From NCBI GenBank assembly GCA_951804945.1, contig OX638157.1, forward strand, positions 22,134,001 through 22,198,000: 64,000 nucleotides of DNA, written 5' to 3'. Of this stretch, positions 38,003 through 51,606 are shown piece by piece. Source of the stretch: Podarcis cretensis. Its lineage: Eukaryota. The notes beneath the pieces are model-generated. The model saw only the letters and a program-made list of their open reading frames with translations. It had not been told where the DNA came from and made no database searches. The first letter of the stretch is position 1. Every line of letters begins with the position of its first letter. A program made the position numbers and the translations under genes.

Positions 38003-38410
38003 CCGTATTTTTCGCACCATAGGACGCACCAGACCATAGGGCGCACCCAGTTTTTAGGGGGGGAAATCAAGGAAAATAATATTTTTCCCCCCCAGCCCCA
38101 AAGAGCAGCGTACAGGCTGCACACAACCTCTCCCTGCCGGAGAGGTTGCGCGCAGCTATGGAAGAAGGCAAGGCAGCAAGCGGGATGGATCCTGCTCGCT
38201 GCTTTGGCTTCCCCTTTAGCCCCGTGCAGCCTCTCCTTGCCGGGAGACGCTGCGCAGGGCTAAAGAAGCCATAGCCCCGTGCAGCTTCTCCCTGCCGGAG
38301 GGGTTGCGCGCGGCTATGGCAGAAGCCTGCATTCGCTCCATAGGACGCACACATATTTCCCCTCAATTTTTGGAGGGGAAAAACTGCGTCCAATAGAGCG
38401 AAAAATACGG
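38003..38410. mobile_element. Tc2-type non-autonomous transposon, 408 bp, same family ends as 28334-29475
   Basis: TA|ccgtatttttcgcaccataggacgcac ... tgcgtccaatagagcgaaaaatacgg|TA. Confidence 0.92.
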
Positions 38411-38644
38411 TAATAGAAATAGAAATCCTCTTCAGTTTCTATCCTCCATTTGACAGCAGTCACAAACAGGGATAGAGCAAGGTTGTATCCCTTGGCCCTG
38501 CCTCCACTACTGGATCCCTTGTTGACCTTGACACCCCATCCCTGCTGCCCATGTACCAATGGCATGTTTGTAAGAGGGATGCTGAATGCACAAGGCTTCC
38601 CTGTGATCTGGAACCCCATCTGTCACAAACCATAGTCTACCCAG

Positions 38645-38893
38645 AGGGTCAGTGTGGTGTAGTGGTTAAGAGCGGTAGTCTCGTAATCTGGGGAACTGGG
38701 TTCGCGTCTCCGCTCCTCCACATGCAGCTGCTGGGTGACCTTGGGCTAGTCACACTTCTCTGAAGTCTCTCAGCCCCACTCACCTCACAGAGTGTTTGTT
38801 GTGGGGGGAGGAAGGGAAAGGAGAATGTTAGCCACTTTGAGGCTCCTTCGGGTAGTGATAAAGCGGGATGTCAAATCCAAACTCTTCTCTTCT
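38645..38893 (+). mobile_element. Squam3-like CORE-SINE, full length
   Basis: cagtgtggtgtagtggttaagagc A-box, gggttcg B-box, (TTC)n tail and TSD tctaccc. Confidence 0.9.
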
Positions 38894-41800
38894 TCTACCC
38901 TGACAGTGAAAGACTGTGTTACCTTCGTGTAGAAAGTCATGCTTACCTTGTCAGGAGCAGCTTCCCAAAGCTCCTTGAGGAAACAAGCTGTTGCTCCATG
39001 AGATGTGCAACCTGTCCACATATCTGCCTGAATTAGTTGAGCCCAGGATTTTAAAAGCCCCTGACAGAATTAGGAGATTGTAGAGACATGGACAGGGGTG
39101 GTGGTGGTGTTTAAACTAATTTGCAAAAAGGAAAAGGAAAACCCACTGGTGAAATGTTTTATGTTTCCTGCATCCTTTCCACGGCTTCCAAATTAGAAAA
39201 GGTGACATTGAAAATACTTTTGTCTTCTGAGCCATTTTTCACAGGGAAGCCTGAAAACCATCAGCACAACAAAGAGCTTTTTAAGCTGTTGAATACACAG
39301 CCATTTCTCTATCAGTTCACGGTATCCTGCAGATAACTCCTTAATGGATTCTATAACTGATTACTACAGCTTTATGGGCTGCAAAATCTAGGCAATGCCC
39401 CCTGATGAATTATGGTTTTGTTCTTCTCTCATTCTGCATCTCGTTATGCACATTTCATTCCCCACCCCCTTTCGAGCACTCGAGTTCAAGCCCATAGGAA
39501 CACATTACAGCTTTATTTAATTAGTCACCAAAATGAGTCATCCACAGAACCTTCCCCTGCTTCTGCAGAATATCCATATATCTGAACGTTATAGTTTCTG
39601 AAGTCCTGGCAGGTGAATTCCCCACCACCTCTTTATCAGGATCTACCACAAAGGCCTTTGCTCCATACAGTTTCCCCACACAATCCTGTAAATCTCCACC
39701 AATTTTATCCAGTTCAATTAAAAATAAAAATAATTACTGGAGGAGGAACAGGAAGCCTGTGGCACTCCAGATATTGTTGGACTCAGATACTGCAGTCCCA
39801 GCCAGCATGACCAATGGTTATAGATGGTGTGAGGTGTAACTGAACAACATCTGCAGTGTCACATGTTCTCCACCTGCTGAGTTACAGACTCTCAAAACCT
39901 TTTTCCTAACATGTTATGCAAAAACCTTTGTATTTAGGCTGGCTTCTTCAGATAGGTAATTCCCCCCCCCCCCATTCCCACATCTTTGTTTTATGTGCTG
40001 CACCTGTCTCTGATTTTATTATATTATTTCCATTTTTTTATACTATATTTATAGAACATATTTGTATTTTATAGTTGATTTTAATTGTTAGCTGCCCCAA
40101 GTGGTATGTGAGTGCTAGAAGGGGTGGCAAATAATTGTTTGTATTGATATCAAATAAATAAATCACTACTTCTCAGCCACAATCTGTCAATGTCTCAGCC
40201 ATTTTATTTGCTATATGAATGTCATTACCTTCTGCTGTTTATGAACTGCAATTTTTAAAGGCTCCCAATTCTCCAACTGTATTAGAAACCGGCAGTTATG
40301 AACAGATACTACAGACAACACTCATTAAAATATGACACACCCGCAGGCATTTTTAACCTCTGCACTCCCTTATAGCGTTGTCATATTTTAGCCAGTATCC
40401 AATCTGTTAATTGTCCTAACTTGATACTCTTTTCCCCTATAATGCACAACGTGAGTGATGGGAAGTCCTTTGGTTTTGTCTCCTCCTTTTCAAGAACACA
40501 TACAAACTAACAACCTATGGCATTGCACACTAGCTTCCAGTCTTTGATCATTGTATTTGGTTGTAAGGATACCATGCACAAGATGAAACTACGTATGAGT
40601 TAAGAGAGAAGAAGCAGTCTTTGATAATTAATATTTTGCACAACAGAGCTGCTGTGCACATTGCCAGCTGTAGAAAAACATGGGGGTAGCATCTATTACG
40701 GCACCTGCCCGTGCACATGTGAAAAATTAAAGCACTGCCATAAGGGGGATAATGAGCAAAGTGTTGGTTGTAGCAAACCTAGGAGACGCTGTAGCACACA
40801 ATGCAGAAGATGTGAGCAAGATCAGCAACGGAAAAGTTTAGAGCTCCAAGGGTGGTTCTAGAACATATCAAAAGGTTCAAGACCCAACCATTATTTTGGG
40901 GACTTAACAAAGCTTACAGAAAACAGGCTTACATTAGCCAAACATCTGCGGTCAGGATACTAACAAAATAGCTTATCGAGCCCAGTGAGGTCATAAGCAT
41001 ATCTCAGGAGTGTGTGCTCTCTATCTCTCAAACACAATATCTTACAAATCACCCACACCCCCCAAAAGCACATATTTTGGCACCATTGCATTTTTTATTC
41101 AGATATCACCTTAAAATATCATTATCATTATTATCTACTACAACAGTTGCTGCTGTCTCTGTTGTCACTGTTACAGCTTTTATTAAATCAAGCCAGTAGC
41201 TTTATCAGGAGATATGGGGCTGTCTGGAAATGATGGAAGAACACGCCTGGATAATCTATTTCCCTTGGATAATCTGTCCCTGAGTGGCCCAGGAGCTTCT
41301 TACAAACACATGTAACATGGAACTTTATAAAGTTTTAGTTAGAAAAAAATAAGGTTCCATCGACAGGGGCAGGACAGACTGGCGTGCAAATTCTGTAAAC
41401 TTGTCATGCAGCTGGACTCCTAATCCCTTCTCATATTGTTTACAACATCAAAACAAACAGCTTAGATTTAAATGCATTTGTTTTGAAAAAGTAAAACCAT
41501 TTCCCGTTACAATATTGTAGAGATGCAGGCAAAACAGATGGGCAGCCCATCAGAGTAGATGGGACCTCACATTTAATTTGAAGTACATCTGCACAGGATT
41601 CGGTCTAGATTGCATTCATGAGATCAAATGCTAAACAACATTTGGTATATATTTAGGGGTTATTTGGACATGTGCATCCTACCATATGATGATTCAGCCA
41701 CATTGTTTAAATTAATGGGAGTGCTCTAACTGGCCCCTCTTGCTCTTATCCCCTAGATGTTTCTGTCTCCCATAGAAGACTTTGGTGCAACAAAGTGAAA

Positions 41801-42028
41801 CTGTGCTACAGATCTGAGCACCAAGGCAGCCACTGCACCACTGGACAAGGTTGAGATGCTTAAAATGCTTTTATGCATGCTCACACCTCTGCTGAGATTG
41901 AAAGGACAATTTTAAGCATGCCACATAATATTCATTCAGTTAAGGTTTTTTTGTGGGGAGTCATTTTTCCAATGAAAAACATGGCTTTAAGGGGGGGAAA
42001 ACAAGATAGAAGTGCATAATGCTAAAAT

Positions 42029-42272
42029 AAAGGTAAAAGGACCCCTGACCATTAGGTCCAGTCGTGGCCGACTCTGGGGTTGCGGCGCTCATCTCGCTTT
42101 ATTGGCCAAGGGAGCCGGGATACAGCTTCCAAGTCATGTGGCTAGCATGACTAAACTGCTTCTGGCAAACCAGAGCATCGCACGGAAATGCCGTTTACCT
42201 TCCCGCCAGAGTGGTACTTATTTATCTACTTGCACTTTGACGTGCTTTCGAACTGCTAGGTTGGCAGGAGCA
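42029..42272 (-). mobile_element. Sauria/Squam1-type SINE, 5'-truncated
   Basis: Tail and body are present; similarity stops after ggttggcaggagca. Confidence 0.9.
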
Positions 42273-43185
42273 ATTGTAAAATACTTACTGCTTAATCTTC
42301 AAGATTCTAGAACAGAGGAGAAGTGGGGGAGGTGAAAGATCATGAGCCAAATATGTCTGGACAGAAAGCACTTACTAGCTTTAAAGGTTTCTGCACAAGG
42401 TGTACCAACTGTTCCGATCACATTTTCGTACAAAAACTCTGTACTACATTAACATCCTATGCAGGAACAAATCTGAACTAAGCAACATGGAACATGTTTT
42501 ATTTAGTACTGATATATTAAAAGAGCAGCATTCACCCCAATTCTAGCTTATCAAGAAGGATAGAAAATAACTTCTTGCCAACTGCAGCATTAAGCAGAGA
42601 GAACACACCTTGCTTTTATCCCCTCCCCCTTTGGCATTACTAGATAGCTCAGGTATTGACTGACGAAGGTGTGCCCTAATCAATAACACTCTCTTTGGTC
42701 CTTTACCAGGAGCAAAGTACATTGTGTGAATTTGTGGGGATCAAATGCAGTCACTTCAGTTTAAATAACTATCCTTTCTTCATTGGGAAGTTGATAACAG
42801 GATAAAAGAATATGAAATGGCCATGTTTGGATGCCACAGTCATCTTTAAGCATAGTAACCATAATTATAATTCAGTGCAGGAGTAGCCAATGTGATGCCC
42901 TTCATCTGCTGTTGGATTACAACTTCCCATCACCCTCAACCATTTGCCGTGATGGCTGGGACTGATGGATGCTGTATTTAAACAACATCTGGATGGCACT
43001 ACATTGGCTACCACCGATTTAATGAGATGTGAACAAGCCACAGCAAGCCTCAGGGTCAGAAGTTTCTCCCCTCCTCCTCCTCTGGCACAGCCAAAAGGGT
43101 TTTGCAGCTTTGACTTCATTTTCCAGTAACAACATTTTACATATTACCCTAACATATTACCCTAAACTGTGGCTGATCTTAACTA

Positions 43186-43354
43186 GGTAAAGGTAAAGAA
43201 CCCCTGGGTGGTTAAGTCCAGTCAAAGGTGACCACAGCGTGCAGCATTCATTTCACTTTTCAGGCTGAGGGAGCTAGGGTTTGGCCACAGACAGTTTTCC
43301 GGGTCATGTGGCCAGCATGACTAAACCACTTCTGGGCAACGGAACACTGACGGA
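43186..43354 (-). mobile_element. Divergent or older Sauria SINE subfamily, 5'-truncated
   Basis: ggtaaaggtaaagaacccctgggtggttaagtccagtcaaagg..ttccgggtcatgtggccagcatgactaaacc. Confidence 0.8.
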
Positions 43355-44301
43355 ATTCTATGTAGAATTCTCTACAATTCTATGAAATAAAAAATAGGCA
43401 AACTAATTTTCCCAAATTGGTTCCTGCAATCAAAGGCAGGCAAAAGGTCAGGTGACCATGGAATGACCCCAGGCATAGTGAATTAGGATGGGGGATCAGA
43501 AGGAGTGAGCATGCCATTGCTTTACAAAGACACAGTACAAATACATGCAGTTTTCCCTCTTAGAAGGACAGCTAATTGTACATGTGGATACAAGAGAGAG
43601 GGGAGAAGAGGCCGTTTAGTTCCCCCAAAACTCTGGTGATCTCTTTATATTGTGCCATGTTAAATGTTTTAAGGCATTCTAAATGCACTATGACTAATTC
43701 ATGTCATTCACCCAAGAATGAAAAGCGGGGATAACTGTACAGCTTCAAAAGGCTGAATTGGCCAGGTTCACTTCTGAACAAGTGACACCCCCCCACACCT
43801 AAGCCTAGGGACCAGCCACCTGGGGCTGCTTTGTGAACACTGAAACATAAAAATGAATAATGTTGCATGGCATGGAAAACTACAACTTATAAGCGTACAG
43901 AGCCCATTATGACATATACGCTAGCAGCTACATCACTCAAATCAGGGCACTTGCAACACTGGCTGCATTTTCTTTTCCCCATCCCTTGAGACTGTGCTAT
44001 TTTGGCACCATTAGAGTCACACTGAAATGTTCAAGCTGATGTCTAGTTATTAAAGCACGCAGCCCAGCTCAATTAGTGAGCTACACTTCTAGAACTGAAC
44101 TATTTATTTGTTTCTATTAAGTTTGTATACCACCCTTCATCCAAAGGGCAGTTGACAACATAAAAATACAAAGTGATTTGTACATAGTAAAAGGAACACA
44201 AACCAATAACCCCCCTCCCACAAACACACTTAAAAGACCACAAAATGTTAATTAACCCTGCTTATAGAGAAAGGATTTGTCCTGGCACCTAAAGATATGT
44301 A

Positions 44302-44657
44302 GGGACGTGGGTGGTGCAGTGGGTTAAACCACAGAGCCTAGGATTTGCTGATCTGAAGGTCGGCGGTTTGAATCCCTGCAATGGGGTGAGCTCCCGTCAC
44401 TCGGTCCCTGCTCCTGGCAACCTAGCAGTTTGAAAGCACGTCAAAGTGCAAGTAGATAAATAGGTACTGCACCGGTGGGAAGGTAAACGGCGTTTCCGTG
44501 TGCTGCTCTGGTTCACCAGAAGTGGCTTAGTCATGCTGGCCACATGACCCGGAAGCTGTACGCCGCCTCCCTCAGCCAATAAAGTGAGATGAGCGCCACA
44601 ACCCCAGAGTCGGTCACGACTGGACCTAATGGTCAGGGGTCCCTTTACCTTTACTTT
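44302..44657 (+). mobile_element. Sauria/Squam1-type SINE, full length, nested in an L2-like 3' fragment (about 44100-44700, minus)
   Basis: TSD taaagata(t/c)gta. The flanks read contiguously as cctggcacctaaagatatgta|aagaaggtgccaggc. Confidence 0.93.
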
Positions 44658-45131
44658 TAAAGATACGTAAAGAAGGTGCCAGGCAAGCCTCCCAGGGGAG
44701 AGGAGCTAGGGCTGATGAGACTTTTACTTCAGCAACATCTGGTGGGTCATAGGCATCTCATACTTGCCCTAGAGTATCTGATTTCATCTGTTTACTTTGT
44801 TTTTATTTAGTACGAAAGGTAAACGCCTTGAAGCTGCAAAGCATGCCTACTATTGCATTTGCAATTGGCATCTATTTTTTGTTACCATTAAAACTGGAGG
44901 CAACTATCCCTGCTACAGATCAGGGGTGGCAAATGTGATCCAGATGTTTTGGATTGCATCTCCCATCAGCCTGAGACAGCATGGCCTATGACAGAAGATG
45001 GGAACTATAGTCCAAAATATCCAGAGCACATTACCTTGGCCATGTTGGCCTTAAACCAGGATGAGCCAAGCATAACATCCTCAGCTTGCTAGGAGACCTA
45101 ACACCACCCATTATCTCTCACCAGTGTGGTG

Positions 45132-45384
45132 AGAGCCAGTGTGGTGTAGTGGTTAAGAGTGATAGACTTGTAATCTGGGGAACCGGGTTTGTGTCTCCGC
45201 TCCTCCACATGCAGCTGCTGGGTGACCTTGGGCTAGTCACACTTCTCTGAAGTCTCTCAGCCCCACTCACCTCACAGAGTGTTTGTTGTGGGGGAGGAAG
45301 GGAAAGGAGAATGTTAGCCGCTTTGAGGCTCCTTTGGGTAGTGATAAAGCGGGATATCAAATCCAAACTCTTCTCTTCTTCTTC
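45132..45384 (+). mobile_element. Squam3-like CORE-SINE, full length, nested in an older CORE-SINE (about 45050-45496)
   Basis: Nearly identical to 38645-38893. The flanks join as tctctca|ccctaacctacctcacagggttggtgtgaggataa (CORE domain). Confidence 0.9.
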
Positions 45385-47223
45385 ACCCTAACCTACCTCA
45401 CAGGGTTGGTGTGAGGATAAGGAGAGGGGGAGAAGAACACACCAGCCTGAACTCTTTACAAGGAAAAAGAACTAACATGCAGCCAATAAATAAAAATATT
45501 ACAGCATACCTCTGACTCTCTTCTTTCAACAAGATTGGCGATACGTTTTCTACAGACTCTGCCTTTTCCCATTTGGTAAATGCCCTTTACTTCTGCTTAA
45601 ACCCCTGGTGTTTACACTGAAGCTACAAGTATTTATTCCGCTGTTCCACACCCTATAGCTTCTGTGTTCCCAGACAACATTTTCATGAAAACAAACACTG
45701 CTAATTTATGCATGCTTAAATATTTGTGAATAGTGTAGCAAACTTTTTTTATATAAACTATATCCTGCCCTTCAAACTAAATATTTACAAGGCAGTATAC
45801 AATATGAAGAAGCAATAAGGTTTTTAAAAAAGCCTTTTAAAAACCAATTCCAGAATGACAGCAGAATAAGGCAGAAGATAAACTTGCAGCACCAAAACTG
45901 TATCAGAGGTGGCAGCCACCTAGTGCTGAAAGGGTATCAAAGATCACATCCACACTATGCATTATCAGCATTTTATTTTCCCAAAGAACCCTGGGAACTG
46001 TATTTTCATCCTCATAGGCCAATGAATCCCAGCACCCTTCTTGAACTATAGTTACTATGATGGCATCTTTGTGTACAATGTAATGCAGTAGGGCTGATAT
46101 GGAGCTTACTGCGGCCAGTCTTTCCCTGTTCAGTGCCAGATGAGGCTGGGACAAGTATTTCTATACCACTGAAGCCACTTTGTCCAATGACAAAGCAGGA
46201 GTTATGTGTACCCATAGACCAGGGAGGGGAACTTTTGGTAACCTGGGGACCACATTTGCTTCCAGACAACCAGACACTGGCTACTTGCCAGTGGTGGGCG
46301 GGGCCAGAGAAAGAAGTGGGTGGAGATAATAGCTAGAGGAAGTAAACAAAAGGAGCTCATACTGTGATTACAGATCTTATAAGCATGCACCATGAAGTTA
46401 GGAACATGCAATTTTTTTAAAAAACAACAACCTTTGTTTCTCAGTATTAAGTACTCTATTTAAAAAGGGTAAGTACAAGCGAAGCTGGTTTTATTAACCT
46501 CTGAAAGCAAGTGTCTTTGAGTTGCGTACTTTAAAATATTTACAAGAAGCTATTCAAATGGTTTTTAGTGGCAGCCAAAAAGGTTTAAAATAGTAATGAT
46601 AAAATGTAGCAATCCAGTGGTTTAGCAACAATTCCAAACACTCAGTACTGAAATGCTGGTGGGGAAAATCTCTTCTTCTTCAACTTGCTTTCATTTAAAC
46701 TCACATACCACAGAATATTGAAGCACATGGAAGTGCAGGGATGGGCTTCCCTAAAAGCTAGCCGTGCTCCTTTCCATGTGTGCTAGAGTCCACATTGGAG
46801 GGATGCAACCATGCAACAAAACAGCTAGGCCATGGTGACTAACCACCCACTATCAAATTGGGAGTGCTTGCCATGAGCATTGAGGCAATCCTGCAGGAAG
46901 TGTCCTGCTCCACATTCCTACGTGACTTGGAGACAAGCTACATGCTGCCTTGAGCCATGACCTTTGAATGCTTTGCCAGTCAAGGGGGTCAGCTACCATG
47001 GGAGAAACCATTTTCAAAAATTCTCCCCCACTTTGCAGAAGTGAGACATAGCATTTTCAGAAGCAGACAGGCATCTGTGGCCTTCCAGATGTTGCTGGAA
47101 TCCAAACTCCCATCAGCCCAAAACAGAATGCCATCAGTGCTCAGAAATCAGGGGAGTTGCAGTCCAACAACATTTGGAGAGCCACAAGAAGCCATAATAC
47201 ATAGTAGCTAAGGAGAATGACAT

Positions 47224-47559
47224 GGGACGCAGGTGGCCACAGAGCCTAGGACTTGCTGATCTGAAGGTCGGCAGTTCGAATCCCGCGACGGGGTGAGCTC
47301 CGGTTGCTCAGTCCCTGCTCTTGCCAACCTAGCAGTTCAAAAGCACATCAAAGTGCAAGCAGATAAATAGGTACCGCTCTGGTGGGAAGGTAAACGGCAT
47401 TTCCGTGTGCTGCTCTGGTTCACCAGAAGCAGCTTAGTCATGCTGGCCACATGACCCGGAAGCTGTACGCCGGCTCCCTCAGCCAATAAAGCGAGATGAG
47501 CGCTGCAACCCCAGAGTCGGCCACGACTGGACCTAATGGTCAGGGGTCCCTTTACCTTT
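47224..47559 (+). mobile_element. Sauria/Squam1-type SINE with a 13-bp deletion in the head
   Basis: gggacgcaggtggc|cacagagcc lacks gctgtgggttaaa. Degenerate TSD taag(g/a)aga(a/c)tgaca. Confidence 0.92.
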
Positions 47560-48404
47560 AAGAAGACTGACAGTGGGGAAGGAAGCCATGAGATGGAATC
47601 TGGCCCATCAGCCCTCCTCCTGCACCTTACCTGTGAGCTCAGTTTGCATCAGTGAGCATCTCTGAATTTATCCTTGAGAGATAACTTAATTCAGCCTGGG
47701 AGGCAGGTACTGCTCTGGCCAAGATCAACAGGGCTCCTTTCCAGCAGTGTCATTATGCTACCTACTCAGAAAAACACAATGAGCAAATTGTCTGAGGAGA
47801 GTCCAATCCCCTCTGCCCAGCTAAAGATGTTAGCAGACAACCCTCTCACTGCAGACAAAGAGGAATCCTCTGCTTTCAGAGCAGAAAAGGGCATGTGCCA
47901 ATAGAGGAATGTTGCATAGTTACAAACGGATGCAGGAAAGGGAAGGGTGGGTCAGGGACAAAAGGAATTCAACTGGGAGGACAGATATGGTCTTGTGGCC
48001 CACCTACCTTATTCATTCCCAAGCATCACCCCAGGGATTATTCTATATCCAAAAGCCTTTTGTTGATTTTTTGTTGTTGTCAGGGAGTGTGTGAAGGGTG
48101 AAGGGTGAAGTGTCTAACTGACTGCTTAGCTATTATTACTGTAATCTGCAAAACACTTAATAATTTAGGCTGCAATGTTTAACTCAATTAACTGGTTAGA
48201 TTAAATCACTGAAAGGCAAACTTTAAACAACATATTAGTTGATTAGGCAAATTATGTTAACATTAAGTGATTATAAAAACTGCAGTGGCAGTTAGTTAAA
48301 AAAAAAAAAAGCTTTGTGCAAATTAAGAACCATCATCGCTTTCACCAGATCCCCAACAGTTATCAGTGTTATATCGCTCTTGAAGGATTTATATGCACTA
48401 ACAA

Positions 48405-48493
48405 CACTATCCTATGAATGTCTATTCAGAAGTAAATCCTATTGAATTCAATGGGGCTTACTCACAGATACATCCCTGAATACAGGATTGCAG
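48405..48493. mobile_element. Short palindromic MITE (caatcc..ttcaatggg..ggattgca type); related copies near 14455-14535 and 37120-37230
   Basis: atcctatgaatgtctattcagaagtaaatcctattgaattcaatggggcttactc..caggattgcag. Confidence 0.6.
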
Positions 48494-51299
48494 TCTCAGA
48501 AGCAGGAAGAAAAAAGTTTGCTGGCCTCTTTATGCTTGCCCTTGATCAGTAAAATTATTTCATTCATAATAGATATTACAGAGAATTGTATTAGTGTTCC
48601 CTTTAATGGTCCTTTCCTAAATTTTAGGCAGCTGTCGGAAACTAATCCTGAAATTCATTCGGAATTAAATGATATAGATCCTCTCTAAAGTTTCACCAAG
48701 ATGATCCACAACAGAGTGGCACAGGTGTCCTCAATACCACTTGGAACTACCAAGCCCATGCACACTCCTATTGAATGGAGAATTTCAGTTAAAATTCATT
48801 AGCAAACCCATAATCTATGGAGGCTTTCTTTTTAATTAAATCTACTTTGGATTCAGAAATGAAAAGGGAATGTTAAAGGTTCTTCTGTGAATCCCACATC
48901 AAGTATTTGATATAAAATGAAGCATAAACTAATTCCCCAGGGCTTTCTCCTTTTGTCAGTCGCACAACTATGATGCAATGTGTTCTCTACAGAGCTATCC
49001 TTAGCACATGCTACCTCCATCTCTTCTTGAGTTTGCTGGCCTCCTAATTCCCCCTTTTAAATGTCCAGAGCAAAGCATATAGCATACAGACTAAGTAAAT
49101 AAAGCAATCCTATTATGTGCCATGACTTCTCTACACAATGCCTCTGTTTTGATGCCACACAAAATGGCATTTGTCATATTGCTTAACTAATGAGGACGCA
49201 TAATGTGTTTCCTTCTGGAAGAAATAAAGGAGAACTGACTCTCTCTTCTAGATGCAGCTGATCAAAGGACAATCAAGCACAAACACTAAAAGCCTGGAGG
49301 AAACTTTTCTTTCAGCTGCAGCCCCTATCCATTCAGAAAGGAGACTGCAGCTTCTTTTAAAAGCAATTAAAAACATGAATTCAGGCCATTAATAAAAGTC
49401 ACTTCGGAAAGATCAGGACATGGGTCTGAAACTTTTTTTAAAAATGCTCAAGGCGAAGTGTTTCACCCTTGCTTTTAAAACAAATCTTTAAAACAGAACT
49501 GGTGGCATAAGAGTAATGTGTGTCATTTGTGAGCCGACAGTTCTAAAATGTCGTCAGCGTTAGTTGCCATCCATTAAGCGTCTTTTAAATGGTAATAGTC
49601 ACATAAATAAAATTCCATTCTGGGTATTAGATGCTGCTGCCTTCTCGCTAAGCTACCAGTGAACCCTTCTCTCATTACAGACCTGAAGACAGTAAAAAGG
49701 GAGGGGTATGTGTGTCCTTATGAACTTTGCTCTTCCCCTTATTAAACGCCACTGAAACACTGCCAAGATGCTGTTTTGACAAGGCTGCAGTGCCAATTAT
49801 ACAAAAGATACAGACGACTGTACAGCAAGCCGTTGTTCTGGGAGCAAGCAGGAGCAGACTCTGGAACAGAACAACTGCAGCCATGCGTGTCCATATTACT
49901 TTAAGGCACCAGGGCTGCCTAGATCCTTTTAACAAGGTTTTAGTAAGTAGGTCAGCTGTCACCTGTGACAGGGTTCAAACTACTCACTGGAGGAACATAT
50001 TATCTATGGTATCCCAGTATCATTTTTCAGCAGCTGAGTTTGGAATCTTTTGCGCCTTCAGAATCTCCTGGTATATTTTTCAGCTAAGGGCTTCAGACCT
50101 TTTTCTGGGTGTAGGTGAGGACAGACAGCAGAAATGCTTGATCTTACAACATGGCTTTCAAAAACAAACAAAACAAAACACGAATTGACTGTCATTTGGA
50201 TTTTTAATTAGCTGCCTTTTCAATGTGCCAAAGTAAAATGTGCCTAGTGCTTTAGCAGTCAAAAGAGAATCCTGAATTTACTCATAGCTGGACTGAGTCT
50301 TGTTCCCCTTTAATTTCAATTAAGATGATGATAATTTGAGCCCCAAAATGCTTTCGTTTACGCACCCACCCAAAATAATTAAATGATGTATATGAAATAC
50401 AATTGTCTCACTAGGCTATCAATAAGCATTCTAGCAGCTTTTTCCTGCTGTCTAAGAGCAGCAGTCCATTTTGCAGACGGTTCCTCCGATTTAGGAACAA
50501 GGAGAAGGAACAGTATAAATCAGCCAAGAAGCTAAGTATTTTTTTAAAAAAAAATCTGTTGCCCAAATTTATGTATAGCTAAAGTGCTGACTACATTATT
50601 AAGTGAGCAGAAAGCTAAGATAGTTACATTTTCAAATTAGTCTTTGTTGCTGAATAAACAGGCTTCTGTATGAGATGGGGGTGGCTTTCCCCTTTTCTGA
50701 ACCCTCAACTCAACACTGTAATGACAGCTGGAGACAGGTTTGTTGTTGATTAGATGATGTCACCTTCAGGAATCCCCCAAGCGCTGCCAGCAAAGCAACT
50801 TCACTTGAGTAGTGGCTTGAGCTAAAAATAGGCACCTCAGGAACAAGTTAAGGAACTTGGGATGAAGTGAAGCAGGAAACCAAACTGAATTCAGTTTAGC
50901 TGCACCACTTTGCTCTGGCGAAATGTGCACACAAATGCAGCAGATGAAACATGCACGCAACATTGGATGCTATCATCTGAAGGGGCATATATATGATAGA
51001 TAACTAATGGGATTAAAAAATGCATGTCTTGGTTTGTCTCAAGTCCATTGGTAAGAAATGGGTCTTTAAAAGCAACTCATTGTGAATTGGCTAGAACAGT
51101 CTGAAGGCCCCAACTGCTGTTCTCTGCATCCGAGGAGCCAGTTTGCATTATGTGGAGCAATGAACGAGGGAAGGCATAAGCAGCAGCATTTGGACAAGCC
51201 CTCTTCAAAAAAAGATCTAAAGTAGGTATGAATGCAAAACAAATCTTATTCTGTCTGGAGTATTTATCTCTGTCTTAATAGCCCCTGTGAGGAAAGTAA

Positions 51300-51606
51300 G
51301 TAAAGGTAAAGGGACCCCTGACCATTAGGTCCAGTCGTGACCGACTCTGGGGTTGCGGCGCTCATCTCGCTTTATTGGCTGAGGGAGCCGGCGTACAGCT
51401 TCCGGGTCATGTGGCCAGCATGACTAAGCCACTTCTGGCAAACCAGAGCAGCGCACGGAAATGCCGTTTACCTTCCCGCTGGAGAGGTACCTATTTATCT
51501 ACTTCCACTTTGACATGCTTTCGAACTGCTAGGTTGGCAAGAGCTGGGACCGAGCAATGGGGGCTCCTAGGCTCTGTGGTTTAACCCACAGTGCCACCTG
51601 CGTCCC
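51300..51606 (-). mobile_element. Sauria/Squam1-type SINE with an internal deletion removing the B-box
   Basis: gagcaatgggggctc|ctaggctctg lacks the ~45-bp segment containing ggattcgaacc that other copies carry. Confidence 0.92.
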
